Of a stretch of 64,000 bases of DNA, positions 37,597 to 51,238 are shown piece by piece. Position numbers and translations under genes: made by a program. Below the pieces are notes generated by a model. It was not told where the DNA came from and did not search any database. It saw nothing but the letters and a program-made list of their open reading frames with translations. The stretch covers positions 42,594,001 to 42,658,000 of the forward strand of contig OX597826.1 of the NCBI GenBank assembly GCA_951406725.2, read 5' to 3'. How positions within the stretch are numbered: the stretch's first letter is position 1; each line of letters opens with the position of its first letter. The DNA is from Octopus vulgaris. Its lineage: Eukaryota.

Positions 37597-38426
37597 GGTA
37601 TGTTTAAAGGTGTACTAGACCACAAAGTTCATCAGGGCAATAACCATGGAAATATTTATAGAAAAGACACAATGCAGAAAGATTCTGACAATGAGTCAAG
37701 GACTCTAACACAGTAGAAAGAAGACCTACCATGTTAATAATTTGATTAAGCAAGTTAAAACACTCACAGGAGGCACCAACCTAAAGATGACAGCAATATT
37801 CAATACATGGTTGACTGATATCCTTATAGAGATACAAAATACTCACATTTTGTCTGAAATGTTGCCGCTGCCACTGCCACCACTAGCAACAACAACAGTA
37901 ATAATAATATGGTGTTAGGAAGGGCATCCAGCCATAGAAACCATGCTAAAACAGACAATTGGTGCCTAGTGTAGCTCTCTGGCTGCCCAACTCCTGTCAA
38001 ACCCTCCAACCCATGCCAGCATGGAAACTAGATGATGAATTTTATACAAAAACTCAAAACCAGAAATTTTGGAGGGGGTATTAACTGATTGAAGTGACTC
38101 CAACACTTGAACGGTAATTAATTTTATGTAAGTAATTGACTATCAAAAAACAGAAAGGGAAAGCTGATCCCTGTAGTATTTGACCATAGAACTTAGCGGG
38201 ACATTGCCCAATCTGAGAAATTTGGGTTTCATCACATAGATAATACAATGGCAGAGGATGGAGATACTTACTTGAAGACCTTATGGTATTGCAGACCTAA
38301 CCAACCTATGTTAACATACATAACAGACAATTTTACCATGGTGTTGGCAGCAGCGGTGGCAGTGGTTGTCACACACACACACACACACAGATATATATAT
38401 ACAGATAAAAAATAAAAGAAAAATAC

Positions 38427-38483
38427 CTTTCTTTTGCTTTTCTGAAAATTTCCCTCAGACGAGATTCAGTTTCTCCAAAATAT
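38427..38483 (-). CDS. SPATA5: SPATA5 coding exon 6 (57 nt)
   Basis: YFGETESRLREIFRKAKE; CAG/GT boundaries, phase 2 to 2. Confidence 0.93.
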
Positions 38484-38616
38484 CTGCAAGAGAAGAATTA
38501 TTGAGAAGAAGAAGAAAGATGTCAGCGGAATTTAATATATTCAAAAAAGGGGATGAGTATATTTAATATATTCCAAAACAAATTTAGTACTGAGCTATGG
38601 GCTACAAGTTTTGGGT

Positions 38617-38886
38617 TGTTTGCCAGCCTCGCCTCGCCCCCGTGCCAGTGGCACGTAAAAAGCACCATCCGATCATGGCTGTTTGCCAGCCTCGTCTGGC
38701 ACGTAAAAAGCACCCACTACATTCACGGAGTGGTTGGCGTTAGGAAGGGCATCCAGCCGTAGAAACATTGCCAGATCAGACTGGGCCTGGTGCAGCCTTC
38801 TGGCTTCCCAGACCCCAGTTGAACCGTCCAACCCATGCTAGCATGAAAAGCGGACGCTAAACGAAGATGATGATGATGATGATGAT
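38617..38886 (+). mobile_element. Family C retroposon
   Basis: Sense copy ending GGACGCTAAACGAAGATGATGATG. Confidence 0.85.
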
Positions 38887-40089
38887 ATATCATTTGCAAA
38901 GCTGTAAAAATGGGGAAATAAATTGACAGACATTATCAGAATTGTGAAAGTGCGGAAGTAAATTGTAGGATTTTATTATTTTGCAATTAATTAAACAAAT
39001 GTCTTAGGCATAGGCATGAAAGCGTGGTAAAGAATTTCACTTTACAACCACATGGTTATGGATTTGATCCCAGTGTCTTCTACCATAGCCTAGGCTAACC
39101 AAATCTTTGTGAGTGGATTTTGAAAACCCAGAAGCCCATTATGTACATGTGTATATATGTATGTTCTTTTCTGGTTTTGATTATTTAAATACTTCCTTTG
39201 AAGAAGGAATTGGTTTCTAACAAAGGTACAAAGCTCCATCGTTGGAACTCAAATAACGAAAACAATGTAACATTTTAAACCTGAGAAAAGTCTTGCATAG
39301 TTTTACTGTTCCGCTTACAGATTGCATTTGTAATGTGTGAATCAGTTGGTTGATTTCTTTTCTGAAAATCCAAGCTTATCCAGACTGACAGTTAAGCATC
39401 TACTTACAAAATTAAGTGCATCAATTATTATTGGTATAAATGTAAATTTGATATCTAGATATTAAGATGTGTATATGCGTGCGCATATGTATGTGTGTGT
39501 GTGCATGTATATGTATATACACACACATTCAAACCATGCCAGCATGAAAAGAAATGGACATTAAATAATGATGATGATGATAATATATATACATATATAC
39601 CTATGTGTGTGTGTGTGTGTGTGTGTGCGCGTTCGTTTCTGTGTCTCAGCATTGACAGCACTTGGGTAGTAATGTCCTGCAGCTCAACAGTTCAATATGT
39701 CAAGACCAGTGGAATAATGTAACTTATTTGAAAACAAGTAAAAGCTGACATCAGGAAGGGCATCCAGTCATAGAATACTGTCTCAAGAAGATACATACAA
39801 TCCATGTCAATATGCCAAAATCAAGCATAAAAAAGGACAATGATAATTATTATTAAATTTTCTGTTATTTTCCTAATTCTTTTTTAACATTGCCCAAAAG
39901 ACTCTCTAGAAGATAGGAACTTGTACTTTAGGGCCTCACCATGACTGCTCATGCTCTATACACATATCATAATTAAGCACAAGACTTCGGTGTTTTGATA
40001 TTCATGCCTTTCTTTTGAGCATTAATACAGTATATAAAGCTATAAATTAAAACTGGGCTATGGACAGACATATATGCCACATATCCCTT

Positions 40090-40569
40090 TTAACCCCTTG
40101 ATACAAACCCACTTGAGATTACCTTTGGATCTATTGTATAACCTGCCTGTTTTAAAGGGATCTAAATTAAAACTTCTAATTAAAATTCTATGTTAGTTCA
40201 TGTCTCAAACATCAGCTTAATACTGACAAAGTTAATTTACTAAATTCTTCAATATTCTTATTTCTTTATTGCCCACAAGGGGCTAAACATAGAGGGGACA
40301 AACAAAGACAGACAAATAGATTAAGTCGATGACATTGACCCCAGTGCGTAACTGGTACTTAATTTATCGACCACGAAAGAATAGAAGGCAAAGTCGACTT
40401 CGGCGGAATTTGAACTCAGAACGTGGAGACAGATGAAATACCGCTAAGCATTTCACCCAGTGCGCTAACATTTCTGCCAGCTCGCCACCTTTATATTCTT
40501 CAATATTCTTTTAATTGATTGAAAGAAATATAGTGTTTTTCAGTAAAAATATGGTAACAAAAGGCTTAA
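40090..40569. mobile_element. TTAA-flanked MITE containing a nested SINE B (about 40260..40490)
   Basis: TTAACCCCTTGATAC...GTAACAAAAGGCTTAA; the SINE is flanked by ATTCTTCAATATTCTT duplicates. Confidence 0.6.
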
Positions 40570-40586
40570 GAAAGAAATGGACTTAC

Positions 40587-40716
40587 TTGCTCCAGATTTC
40601 TGGGCCTTTAATTTCACTGATAAAGCATTGAACTTCATTGCTAATGGCTCTCATCAAAAGAGTTTTTCCACACCCAGAAGGACCATATAAAAGAATACCT
40701 TTCGGTAGTGAAAGAC
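40587..40716 (-). CDS. SPATA5: SPATA5 coding exon 5
   Basis: [32 protein letters not shown] (D1 Walker A). Confidence 0.96.
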
Positions 40717-42097
40717 CTGTAAAGGAATTTACAAAATGAATAGATCTCTAAGGTTGACAGGTACCTAACAGAAAGAACATAATAAAGACAGTAGGGTCCA
40801 AGAAAATTTGTTGAGCTATGTCTGCAAATAATGAGTAGAAAGAATCAAAATGTGCTTTGCTATAAAGAAAAGGAAAAGGCTAACATTTCAAATAATATTC
40901 TTCATTGACAACAGATGTATGAGATAACATCTGATGGCACAGAATAGATAGTTTGAAAATAGAACAGAGAATCATCATCATCTTTTAATGTCCATTCTCT
41001 ATGCTGGCATGGGTTGTATGATTTAACAGGAGTTCACCAACTTGAGGATTACCTGGGATCCATTTGTATGTTTTGGTAGGGTTTCTATGGATGGATGCCC
41101 TTCCTAATGCCAACCACTTCACAGAGTGTACTGGGTGTTTTTTATGTGGCACCAGCACTAGTGAAGTCACCAAAATACTTGCAAAACCAAACCCCTTAAC
41201 CCAAGGCAAGGAATGTAGTACTGAGGGAGGTGGCTTTATGTCAGGTTTTGAGAGGATAAAGTATGATAGGACAGCAACAAGACCCTTGCAGTAGAGGAGG
41301 TACATGGCTACCCCAGCTGAAGGAGAAGAGAAAATGGTGAAGAGGTGCCAGAGCATACTCTCAAGTTACAGGAAGGTGAACATAAGTGTTTCAAAGGATT
41401 GGACAGGGTGAATGGGTAGGTAAGTTCATGTGAGTGTGAAAGGAGAGTGACAGATGGATAGGGATAGGGAAGAATACAGTGAATGATGAATATGAATAGA
41501 GGCATGATCAATAGTGAATACCAGTCTGAAGGAGGAAAGGTGGAGGAAACATGATTGGGACATCTTTAAAAAAGAAAAAGGACACATGGATTATATAATC
41601 TGAAATAAAGTATGTCAGAAAAGACAGGATGGTCATAGTTGGAATGGCTTTGATTACAGGTCTGATCAGGGTTGATTGGAGCTAAACAACAAAACATTCT
41701 ATCACCACCACCATCTAACAACCACTACTCCATGAACCAATGGAGGAGCCTCTATGTGATCACTCAAGCTGCAAGAAATAGCAACCAAATTTCCCTCAAA
41801 TTACACCCTACCATCTTACAAAAGTAATAACACATCGGAATGAAAGAAAATGAACAGAATGGTTACAGCTGAAATGCTTTGATGTCTTTAACCACAGGTC
41901 TACTAAATCAGATGTAACCTGGAGTTAAACAACAACAACTGCAACATGTCTTATGAACTACAACACAATCCATTCTACAACCTTTACAAATCAGGCAAGA
42001 AATACACCAAAACCCTCCTCATTCCCATCTGCATTGTAAATGTTATGAGATTTAAAGTTGCACTTTCTGTCGAGTAACTTATTTTATAAAATTGAGA

Positions 42098-42565
42098 TCA
42101 TCATCATCATTGTTTAACGTCCGCTTTCCATGCTAACATGGTTTGGACGATGACTGAGGGCTGGCGAACCAGATGGCTGCACCAGGCTCCAATCTTGATC
42201 TGGCAGAGTTTCTACAGCTGGATGCCCTTCCTAACATCAACCACTCCGAGAGTGTAGTGGGTGCTTTTACGTGCCACCGGCACGGGGGCCAATCAGGCAG
42301 TACTGGCAACAATCTCGCTCAAACATTTTTTTCATGTGCCACCGGCACAAGTGCCAGTTAGCTGCTCTGGCAATGATCACGCTCGGATGGTGCTCTTAGA
42401 GCCCCACTAGCATGGGGCACAAGTGCCAGTAAGGTGACACAGGTAACAATCATGCTCGAATGGTGCCTTTTACATGCCACCGGCATGGAAGCCAGTTAGC
42501 CGCTCTGTCAACAATCACGTTTGGATGGTGCTCTTACCGCCCCACTAGCACAGATGCCAGTCATC
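42098..42565 (-). mobile_element. Family C retroposon variant
   Basis: (CAT)n end, core motif and diverged repeat units. Confidence 0.75.
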
Positions 42566-43599
42566 GAATATATTGACTTTTATGGTGTGTATATATATAT
42601 ATATATGATGGTGATGATAATATACATACACTGTAAAATCAATATATAATACACCACTTGAATTTCAAACCTAAATTGACTTAAAAACTTATAATAATAT
42701 ATACTATACATCTAGTGAAGGCATGTGGCTTAGTGCATTTGATTCATGATCATGAGGTTTTGAGTTTGATTTCTGGCAGTGCATTATGCCCTTGAGCAAG
42801 ACATTTTACTTCACATTGCTCCATTCCACTCAGCTGGCAAAAATGAGTTGTACCTGTAATTCATAAGGCCAGCCTTATCATATTCTGTGTCATGCTGAAT
42901 CTCCTTGAGAACGTTGCTAAGGGTATGTGTGCTTGTGGAGTGCTCAGCCAAGCTGTTTCATTGATCAAATCAACTGGAACTCTTGTCATCAAAACTGACA
43001 GAGTGTCAATTAGATACACATCTACTACATGAACAGATAATCTACAACAGCTCAAATAGATTACTTTTTAATGTGTCTCAATAAAACACATTGATATAAT
43101 AAAACTATAATCTAAAATATAAAAAGCTTTCTAACATTAGATGTATTTTTGTTTTGTTTTGTTTTTTTAAATAAAAGTGGCTGGGGGAAAAACTTTACCA
43201 CCAAATGTCATGTATTAAATTCACTCTAATTTCAATGTTGGTTTTGGTGACAAATTACATGAATGCTTGTAGTTTGGTGATTAAAATACTGCACTCACAA
43301 TGGTAAAATCATGGTTTCGATTCCTGGACTGGGCAGTGTGTTGTGTTCTTGAGTAAAACACTTCATTTCATGTTGCTCCAGTTCACTCAGTTTACTAATG
43401 AATAATCCCGAGACAGATGGGTGTCCTGTTCACTGGGGAATGTTGTGATCTGGGTCACTTATGTAACATGAAAACTAACTGGCCCTATGAGTTATAGGAC
43501 TTGATGCAGTAATATCCAGGGCATACCTTTTCTTTTCTTGCTGGCATAAAAAAAAAAGTATGTATCATACATGGAGTTTTATGGAATACAAAATCTTAC

Positions 43600-44283
43600 C
43601 ATAGGCACTAAAGAGATCTGGTGATGATAGTGGCAAATCTATTGTTTCTCGTAGAGCAGCTATCTGAGCATCCAAGCCTCCAACGGATGAATAAAAAACT
43701 GAAGGAGCTTTCTTCGTTTGACTTTTCTTCTCAGAACCATTAACTACAATTTTGGTGTTGGTGGTTACTTTAAAAAATGTCCTCTCACAATTTATATCAC
43801 ATGTCAAATTAGCCTTCGATGGTGTGTGGAAACCTTGCATAGTTGAGGAAGATAATGGAGTTGAAACTTGGACTGGTGATTTTAAGGTTTCAACAAATGA
43901 ATTTGAAAGACTACAAGAAGAGTTAGATGGTCCAGGATTTTCATTTGCTAAGGATGTACAGGAAGTGGTTAGAGAATTCTCATCTTGTGATAAGTTTTCA
44001 TCCAAGATTTTCTTCTCACAAGAGATTTTCTGCTTTACTTTAGTAGAAGTAGGAGTTTCTGGATGAATGTCAGCAAAAGAAGTAATTTTTTCTGAAGATA
44101 TCTCCATCTTACTCATGCTATCAGCTAGCATGTTGTCTGTTCCTTTTGTATCCACAGATCTGGATTTAGAGACTTGGAAAGACAAATGTTCTGTGAATCC
44201 CTGAATCTTTTTTATTGTAAAGGAACATGCTTGACCATAATAATTAACAGAAAATTTGTTGTTCTCACAGAAGAATTTCCCAT
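43600..44283 (-). CDS. SPATA5: SPATA5 coding exon 4 (684 nt; N-domain end, Ser/Thr-rich linker, D1 start)
   Basis: DGKFFCENNKFSVNYYGQ..YSSVGGLDAQIAALRETIDLPL; phase 1 to 1. Confidence 0.92.
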
Positions 44284-44793
44284 CTGAAAAATGTCAAATA
44301 TAGAGAAGTAATTAATAATAATTACAGGAAAACAAAAATCTTCAATAATAATAATAATAATAATAATAACGGTGATGATGATAATTTCAGGACTGAAAGC
44401 AGAGACTGAAGGATTCATATTGGTTGCACAAGATCAAAGTTTGCTTATATTTTGTCTGACACACTAAAGATTATACCAGCTCACCACCTAAATAATCCTT
44501 TCTATTATAGGGCTTGAAATTTTTTAGGGGACAGAGCCAGTCTATTACAATGATACCAGTGCTCAACTGGTACTTACTTCACTGACCATGAAAGGACGAA
44601 AGGCAAAGTCGACCTCAGCAGAGTTTGAACTCAGAATATGCTACAAAGCATTTTATCCAGCATGCTAACAATTCTGCCAGGTCACCACTTTAAAAATAAT
44701 AATCTCATTAGTTGGTCATTTTTCCCCCCCTTTTTTTTAGTAAATAAATGATTTTTTATATTTGAAAGAAGTGAAAACACTAATCTGACTCAC

Positions 44794-44852
44794 CTAATTT
44801 CAACTGTAAATACTTGATGAAATCATTAGATGAATGGAAATCTTTACAACAC
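44794..44852 (-). CDS. SPATA5: SPATA5 coding exon 3 (59 nt)
   Basis: TTGTAG|G..TTAG|GTGAGT; encodes CCKDFHSSNDFIKYLQLKL and bridges the phase 2 to phase 1 gap between its neighbours. Confidence 0.85.
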
Positions 44853-46029
44853 CTACAATATATAAATATTTCTACAATTCAATACATACACACAACATAG
44901 CCAGGTCATTAAGCTTGCTTCATAACTACATGGTTGCGAGTTTGATCCTACTGCAAGTCACTTCAGGTCAGTGTCTTCTACCCTTGGGTTGCTTAATACC
45001 TTGTGAGGGATATATATATACATATATTTTATGAGAACAAAACTGCATATTTCATCTTCCCTTTGTGCTACCACTTATCCTTCTCCCTGCAACCACTTCC
45101 TTTTAACATCCATCCCTCATTCTCAAGTTCGTCTGTTCCCGCTTTATTTTCCACTAATCACCCCATTTTGTACCACCAGTCATATCTCATTTCCCTCAAC
45201 TAATCTTATGCCTGCCATCCTTAACACCCTTTCATATCTGCTATCATTCTCAACATATTCTCATATCTACCATCAACATCCCCTCCACTTTTGTTTGCCA
45301 CTTACTATATCCATCTTTACACACCTCTGACATCCATCTCTGTCACTGTACATCCTCCCTATTTGTCAACTACCTACAATTTTATTATACTGCTGCTCTT
45401 CACCTTTCTGTACAGACATTTATTACCTCCTCCTTCCTGAGCTGCTCCCATTTCTTTCCCATTTCCCCTACCCTCACATACACACAAAAACACATATTTA
45501 CACCATCAACTATATTACCTTCGTTCACCACACCTCCACCCTTGTTCACCATTCACCTCTGCTGCTATCCCTAACCATCAGTCCCTCCCCTCTTACACTC
45601 TTGTGAACTTAGCCACCTACCCTTACCAATCATCTATTCCTATTCTCACTTACAATCACCTTCTTGTCCCTTAAGACTATGCCTGACACCTCATCGGTAC
45701 CACTTTCATCTCTCTTTCCAGCTGCTCCCACCCACATATATATTGCAGGGTAATCATGTATCTCTGCTACAGCAAGAGGAGATACATGGCCACTTGTCTC
45801 TCTAACACAAGGCCAACAATCTTGAGGGAAGCAAAATGGTTGATTATTATACTAAGCCCAGTAGTTGACTGGTACATTATTTTATCAATCGCTCCCTCCT
45901 CAAGAAGGATCAAAAGCACAAATGATATTGGTAGGATGAAGAGGTGTAACTAAAGCATTTATCTTATCCAACACTTTACAGCCTCAAGTAATAACAATAG
46001 TATTAATCGTTGTTATAATAATAATAATA

Positions 46030-46445
46030 ATAATCCTTTCTACAAAAGGCACAAGGCCAGAAATTTGGGGGAAGGGGATAGTTGATTACATCAACCTCAG
46101 TACTCAACTGGTACTTATTTTATCAACCCTGAAAGGATGACAGGCAAAGTTGACCTCAGCAGAATTTGAAAATAAAGACGGACAAAATACCGCGAAGAAT
46201 TTTGCCCAGCATGCTAACATTTCTGCCAGCTCGCTGTCTCTAATAATCCTTTCTACTAAAGGCACAAGGCCTGAAATTTTCAGGGAGGAGACCAGTCGAT
46301 TACATTGACCCCAGTGTTTCATTGCTACTTAATTTATCAACCCCAAAAGAATGAAAGGCAAAGTCGACCTTGGATCATAAAGACAGATGAAATCCTGCTA
46401 AGCACTTTACCCAGCTTCTAACAATTCTGCTAGCATGCCGCCTTT
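46030..46445 (-). mobile_element. Two adjacent SINE B-related copies
   Basis: The unit AATCCTTTCTAC..GGCACAAGGCC..CTGCCAGC is repeated twice. Confidence 0.75.
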
Positions 46446-46474
46446 AATAATAATAATAATAACAGGTAACTTAC

Positions 46475-46754
46475 TTTGGTTGTAGATGAAGAATAGATGC
46501 TTGCCAATGAGGCTGAGGTAAGCAGCAAATTGAAACACTGTCATCAACTTTCTTGTCGAGTTTCAGCAAAAGTTCATCCGACATCACAATAGTGCAGGGG
46601 TCATTGAAAGCATAAGGCCAGATAATTTGTACATACTGTCCATCAACAAGACATGGCTGACCAATAGCCAGTTTACAAAAAGGCAAACATGATGGGTGTA
46701 GGTAAACCAAGTCACTTTTAATGGATGAAGGAACCTTTAGATTCTTTTGATCAG
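46475..46754 (-). CDS. SPATA5: SPATA5 coding exon 2 (N-domain)
   Basis: VYLHPSCLPFCKLAIGQPCLV..IIWP; TAG acceptor, GTAAGT donor; phase 1 to 2. Confidence 0.88.
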
Positions 46755-47562
46755 CTATAAAGAAAAGACAGAGAAGTGATAATATTATTATCATTTAACA
46801 TATGTTTACACATACAGTGTCATATACCCTAAAGTAAGCATGCTATCTTATCAGTTTTCAATGACACTTTTCATATATATATATATATATATATATATGA
46901 GGAATGTAAAAATACATTATGCAGGATATATCGTAAACAATTCAAATTTATTTATGAATATATCAGTGGCCACAGCATGCAATCAAAAACTTTTTTCATA
47001 AAAGAAGAGTGTATAATTGTGAAGAAATCACAATTATAACGAAGAGGGTTGTAGAAACCCTTACATGTCTAGAAATAGCAGTCAAAACTGCTATAAAGCC
47101 ACTATAACCACTCATACTGTATCTCCTCACTATAAAAGCTGTCGGCGAGCAACATGACATAAAATTCTAAATTTAAATAAAAATACATGGCTAGTCCTCT
47201 ATTGCAATTTTAAAGTTAGGAACCAAAAATGAAGCCATTTTTCTCATCAGGAGAACATTCCTGTACAAAGAAATTAACACAAAAAAAATACCTTGGGGCT
47301 TAATATATGTCCCAACCAGCAAGAATACTGTGTCAACTTCTATCTACACATTCAAATTCTGAATTCAAACGTCATGCACAGCTTTTATAAGCAGAGACTA
47401 GTAAAACAAGCCACGGTAAAAAACTGAATATGAGTGAAAAATAAATAAATAATAAAAGAGGAGTGTAAAAATACACTACACAGGATATATCGTAAACAAT
47501 TCAAAATTATCTATGAATATATATCAGTGGCCAGAACATGCAATCAAAAAATTTTTTCATAA

Positions 47563-47729
47563 AAGAAGGAGGCAGTCAGAATTTTCAATAATTCTTTATT
47601 AGCGCTTTTGTTCATTTAACCAAACTCTGCAAGACAATGAAAATGTTGGTTTTATTATCTTCAAGAGTTCGGTTAAAATAACGAAAATGCTAATAAAGAA
47701 TTATCTAAAATTCTGACTGTCTCCTTCTT
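47563..47729. mobile_element. Palindromic MITE, about 167 bp
   Basis: AAGAAGGAGGCAGTCAGAATTTT pairs with AAAATTCTGACTGTCTCCTTCTT, and pairing continues inward. Confidence 0.8.
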
Positions 47730-49206
47730 AAGATACAATATTTTGGTTCGCCAGTCCTCAGTCAAATCGTCCAACCCATGCTAGCATGGAAAGCGGACGT
47801 TAAACGATGATGATGATAACTTCAAACACTATCTATCTCTCTCTATATATTTATAATGTAGGTAGTTAGGATAAATCCCAGCTGTTCCCTCTTGAAGCAC
47901 CTCTGCTTTTTCCATTATTACAATCCAATATGTAGTCTCAGTTGCTGCAGTGCTTTAGTGCAAAATACATGTTTAAATATTCCGTCACAAAAACTATCTA
48001 TGCTACTCCTGATTACTAAATACAAATGTAAAATTCGGATTATTTAATTTCTCTGCTAGAAATAGCAACCCAAATGCTTTCAGGAGTTAGATGAAGTTAA
48101 TTGAGGCAGATTTTCTATGGCCAGATGCCTCTTCTTGTTGCCAACCTCCACCTGTTTCCATGTAAGATAACCTTTCTACATGGCCAGATATGTTCTCAGA
48201 GAATATTGGAAATGAATGACTGCTTATATGACAGTATCAATCATTTACAATTACCACGCAATGTCAAGACAAGGAGATATACACACATATACATATGATG
48301 GGCTTCTTTCAGTTTTTGCTTTGGGTGGCCCGAGGCTATAGTAGAAGACACTTGCCCAAAGTGCTACAGAGTGGAACTGAACCCAAACCTATGTTGTTGG
48401 GAAACAAACTTCTGAACCACACAATCACACCTGAGATATTTAGTGCTCCTACTGCTTACAGATATAAACTGTAGCTAAACACAGTACTTAGTGAGAAGAA
48501 AGGGGATGTTATCCTCAAACTGAAGACCCAGTCCAAATGCTTACAACAGAGTGGAATCTACTAAAGGCACCCCAGTGACCAGATTACATCCAAAAGCTTC
48601 CACAGTTTCATCATCATCATCATCATCATCATTTAACGTCCGCTTTCCATGCTAGCATGGGTTGGACGGTTCAACTGGGGTCTGGGGAGCCCGAAAGCTG
48701 CACCAGTCCAGTCAGATCTGGCAGTGTTTCTACAGCTGGATGCCCTTCCTAACGCCAACCACTCCGAGAGTGTAGTGGGTGATTTTATGTGCCACCGACA
48801 CAGGTGCCAACAAATTTAATTCATAAAGCTTTAGTGAACATATCATCACTATTTAACACCCATTTTGCATGCTGGCATGGATGGATTGTCTGACAGGAAC
48901 CGACAAGCCAGAGGACTGCATCATACTCTAGTGTTTCTATGGCATGGATTCTACAGCTGGACGCTCTTCTTAATGCCAATCACTTCAGAGTGTACTGGAT
49001 GCTTTTTATACGGCACCAGCACTTGTAAAGTCACCAAATAATTCACAAGACAAGATCCCTCAACTGGGTAGGGAAGACATAGTAAAACACTCTTGCTCAA
49101 GATGCCATGTAGAAGCAAAGTTAAATTCTTAACTACATGGCTATCTGTGGGTTGAAGAGAGTTAGGTGTTTTAGGCTATGGACATGACGCCTTTCAGGCA
49201 ATTGTT

Positions 49207-49808
49207 AGATCTTTACCTTTTGACCTACAGATTTAAAAAATAATTTTTTGTAACTAAACACTTTCAAACTTCGGACACTGGTAGAATGTCATATAAAATA
49301 TGTGTTACTCTAAACTTTTTTGAGAAAAACTTATATTTACAAAGTAATTTCACGTCAAAGTAGTCCTATTCCAGTAATTTCAACCAATCAATGACGTGTA
49401 TTCAGCTGAATAAAATTACTGCCGTTGTTTGTCAATAACAACTATCGGCGGTGTATTTTTCCTTTGTCACTGTTATTTATGACATCGTTTGTGCATTTGT
49501 ACTAGTTTTAAAGTTTTAGGGTTAGGGTTGTCATGAATAACAGTGACAAACAAAATATACACAACTGGAAGTTCTTGTTGACAAACAACAGCAGTAATTT
49601 TATTCAGCTGAATACACATCATTGATTGGTTGAAATTACCGAAATAGGACTACTTTGACATGAAATTACTTCGTAAATATAAGTTTTTCTCAAAAATGCT
49701 AAGAGTAAAACATATTTTATATGACACATTCTACCAGTGTCCAAAGTTTGAAAGTGTTTAGTTACAAAAAATTATTTTTTAAATCTGCAGGTCAAAAGGT
49801 AAAGATCC
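49207..49808. mobile_element. Fold-back DNA element with about 290-bp arms, TTAGGG centre and 8-bp TSD
   Basis: (A/G)GATCTTTACCTTTTGACC termini; TSD CAATTGTT/CAATTCTT. Confidence 0.9.
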
Positions 49809-49929
49809 CAATTCTTTATGAACTTTAGAGCACTTGAAGTGCCATTCAAATACCCATGCATGTATAGGATTTAAATTCCAAATGTAAAAAAAATGTTTAA
49901 ATCATCCACTACTAATAAAAAATACTTAC

Positions 49930-50125
49930 ATGAAAGTTCGCTATTCTTAGCAAAACTAGATACGATACCATGCAGAGTACCATGGTACAAGTAACCGGAA
50001 GTTTCTATACCTGTTACAACACCACATTGTAACGAATGCTTGCTGACATGTCGATAATTAATGATCTTCCCACATTGTGCACATTCGTTCCATTCTGAAC
50101 GTGCAGCTTTTGGTTTGGCAGGCAT
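49930..50125 (-). CDS. SPATA5: SPATA5 coding exon 1 (ATG at 50125; exon acceptor at 50155)
   Basis: MPAKPKAARSEWNECAQCG..; donor T|GTAAGT in phase 1 joins exon 2; the full model is 2721 nt or 906 aa. Confidence 0.82.
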
Positions 50126-50595
50126 CTTTGGTAATTGTCTGATAATCAGTTTTTTCTGGAGAGACTTTGCAATAAATAAACAAGAAAATTCAATGAGGCC
50201 TAACAACAAAAACAGATACATATAAAATTTTATATATATATATATATATTTTTTATAAACAAAAATGAGTTAAGAGAAATAACTAAAAATGGCCATAGGC
50301 ATGTATTAGAATAACAGACAACTTGTATGGCACAAATACTCTACCACAAAAATTGTTGATTTATTAAAATCATCTCCATCTCTAAAGAATATATCATAAT
50401 TACCAAATAGCAATTTTGACCGATTCCACTTCAGAAGGGGAGATAACCTTAAGATTCAAAACTTTTCCAATACAGATATGCCACTAAAGACAAAGACAGG
50501 TTTATGTGTGCATATATATATACATACATATACACACACACATATATATATATAGTACATTAGTATTTTGGAATAATATATACGTTTTATATATT

Positions 50596-50995
50596 AGGAG
50601 TGGCTGTGTGGTAAGTAGCTTGCCTACCAACCACATGGTTCTGGGTTCAGTCCCACTGCGTGGCATCTTGGTCAAGTGTCTTCTGCTATAGCCTCGGGCT
50701 GACCAATGCCTTGTGAGTGGATTTGGTAGACGGAAACTGAAAGAAGCCTGTCGTATATATGTATATATATGTATGTATGTGTATGTATATGTTTGTGTGT
50801 CTGTGTTTGTCCCTTTAGCATTCCTTGACAACCGATGCTGGTGTGTTTACGTCTCCGTCACTCAGCGGTTCGGCAAAAAAGACCGATAGAATAAGTACTG
50901 GGCTTACAAAGAATAAGTCCCGGGGTCGATTTGCTCGACTAAAGGCGGTGCTCCAGCATGGCCGCAGTCAAATGACTGAAACAAGTAAAAGAGTA
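50596..50995 (+). mobile_element. SINE family A
   Basis: Near-identical to 6322..6716. Confidence 0.9.
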
Positions 50996-51238
50996 ATACA
51001 TCATCTTTTGATGTCCCTTTTCTATGCTGGCATGGATTGGATGATTTGATAGGATCTGACAGGTTGAAGTAGTGCATCATGCTCCAATGTTTGCATGACA
51101 AGGTTTCTATGCCCTTCTTAATGCCAACTACTGTACAGAGTGTACTGGATGCTTTTTTTTTTTTCATAGCACCAGCACTAATTAAATCGTTATGCAGCTT
51201 GCAAGACAAAGATCCCCTTCGACAGGAAAATGGATATA

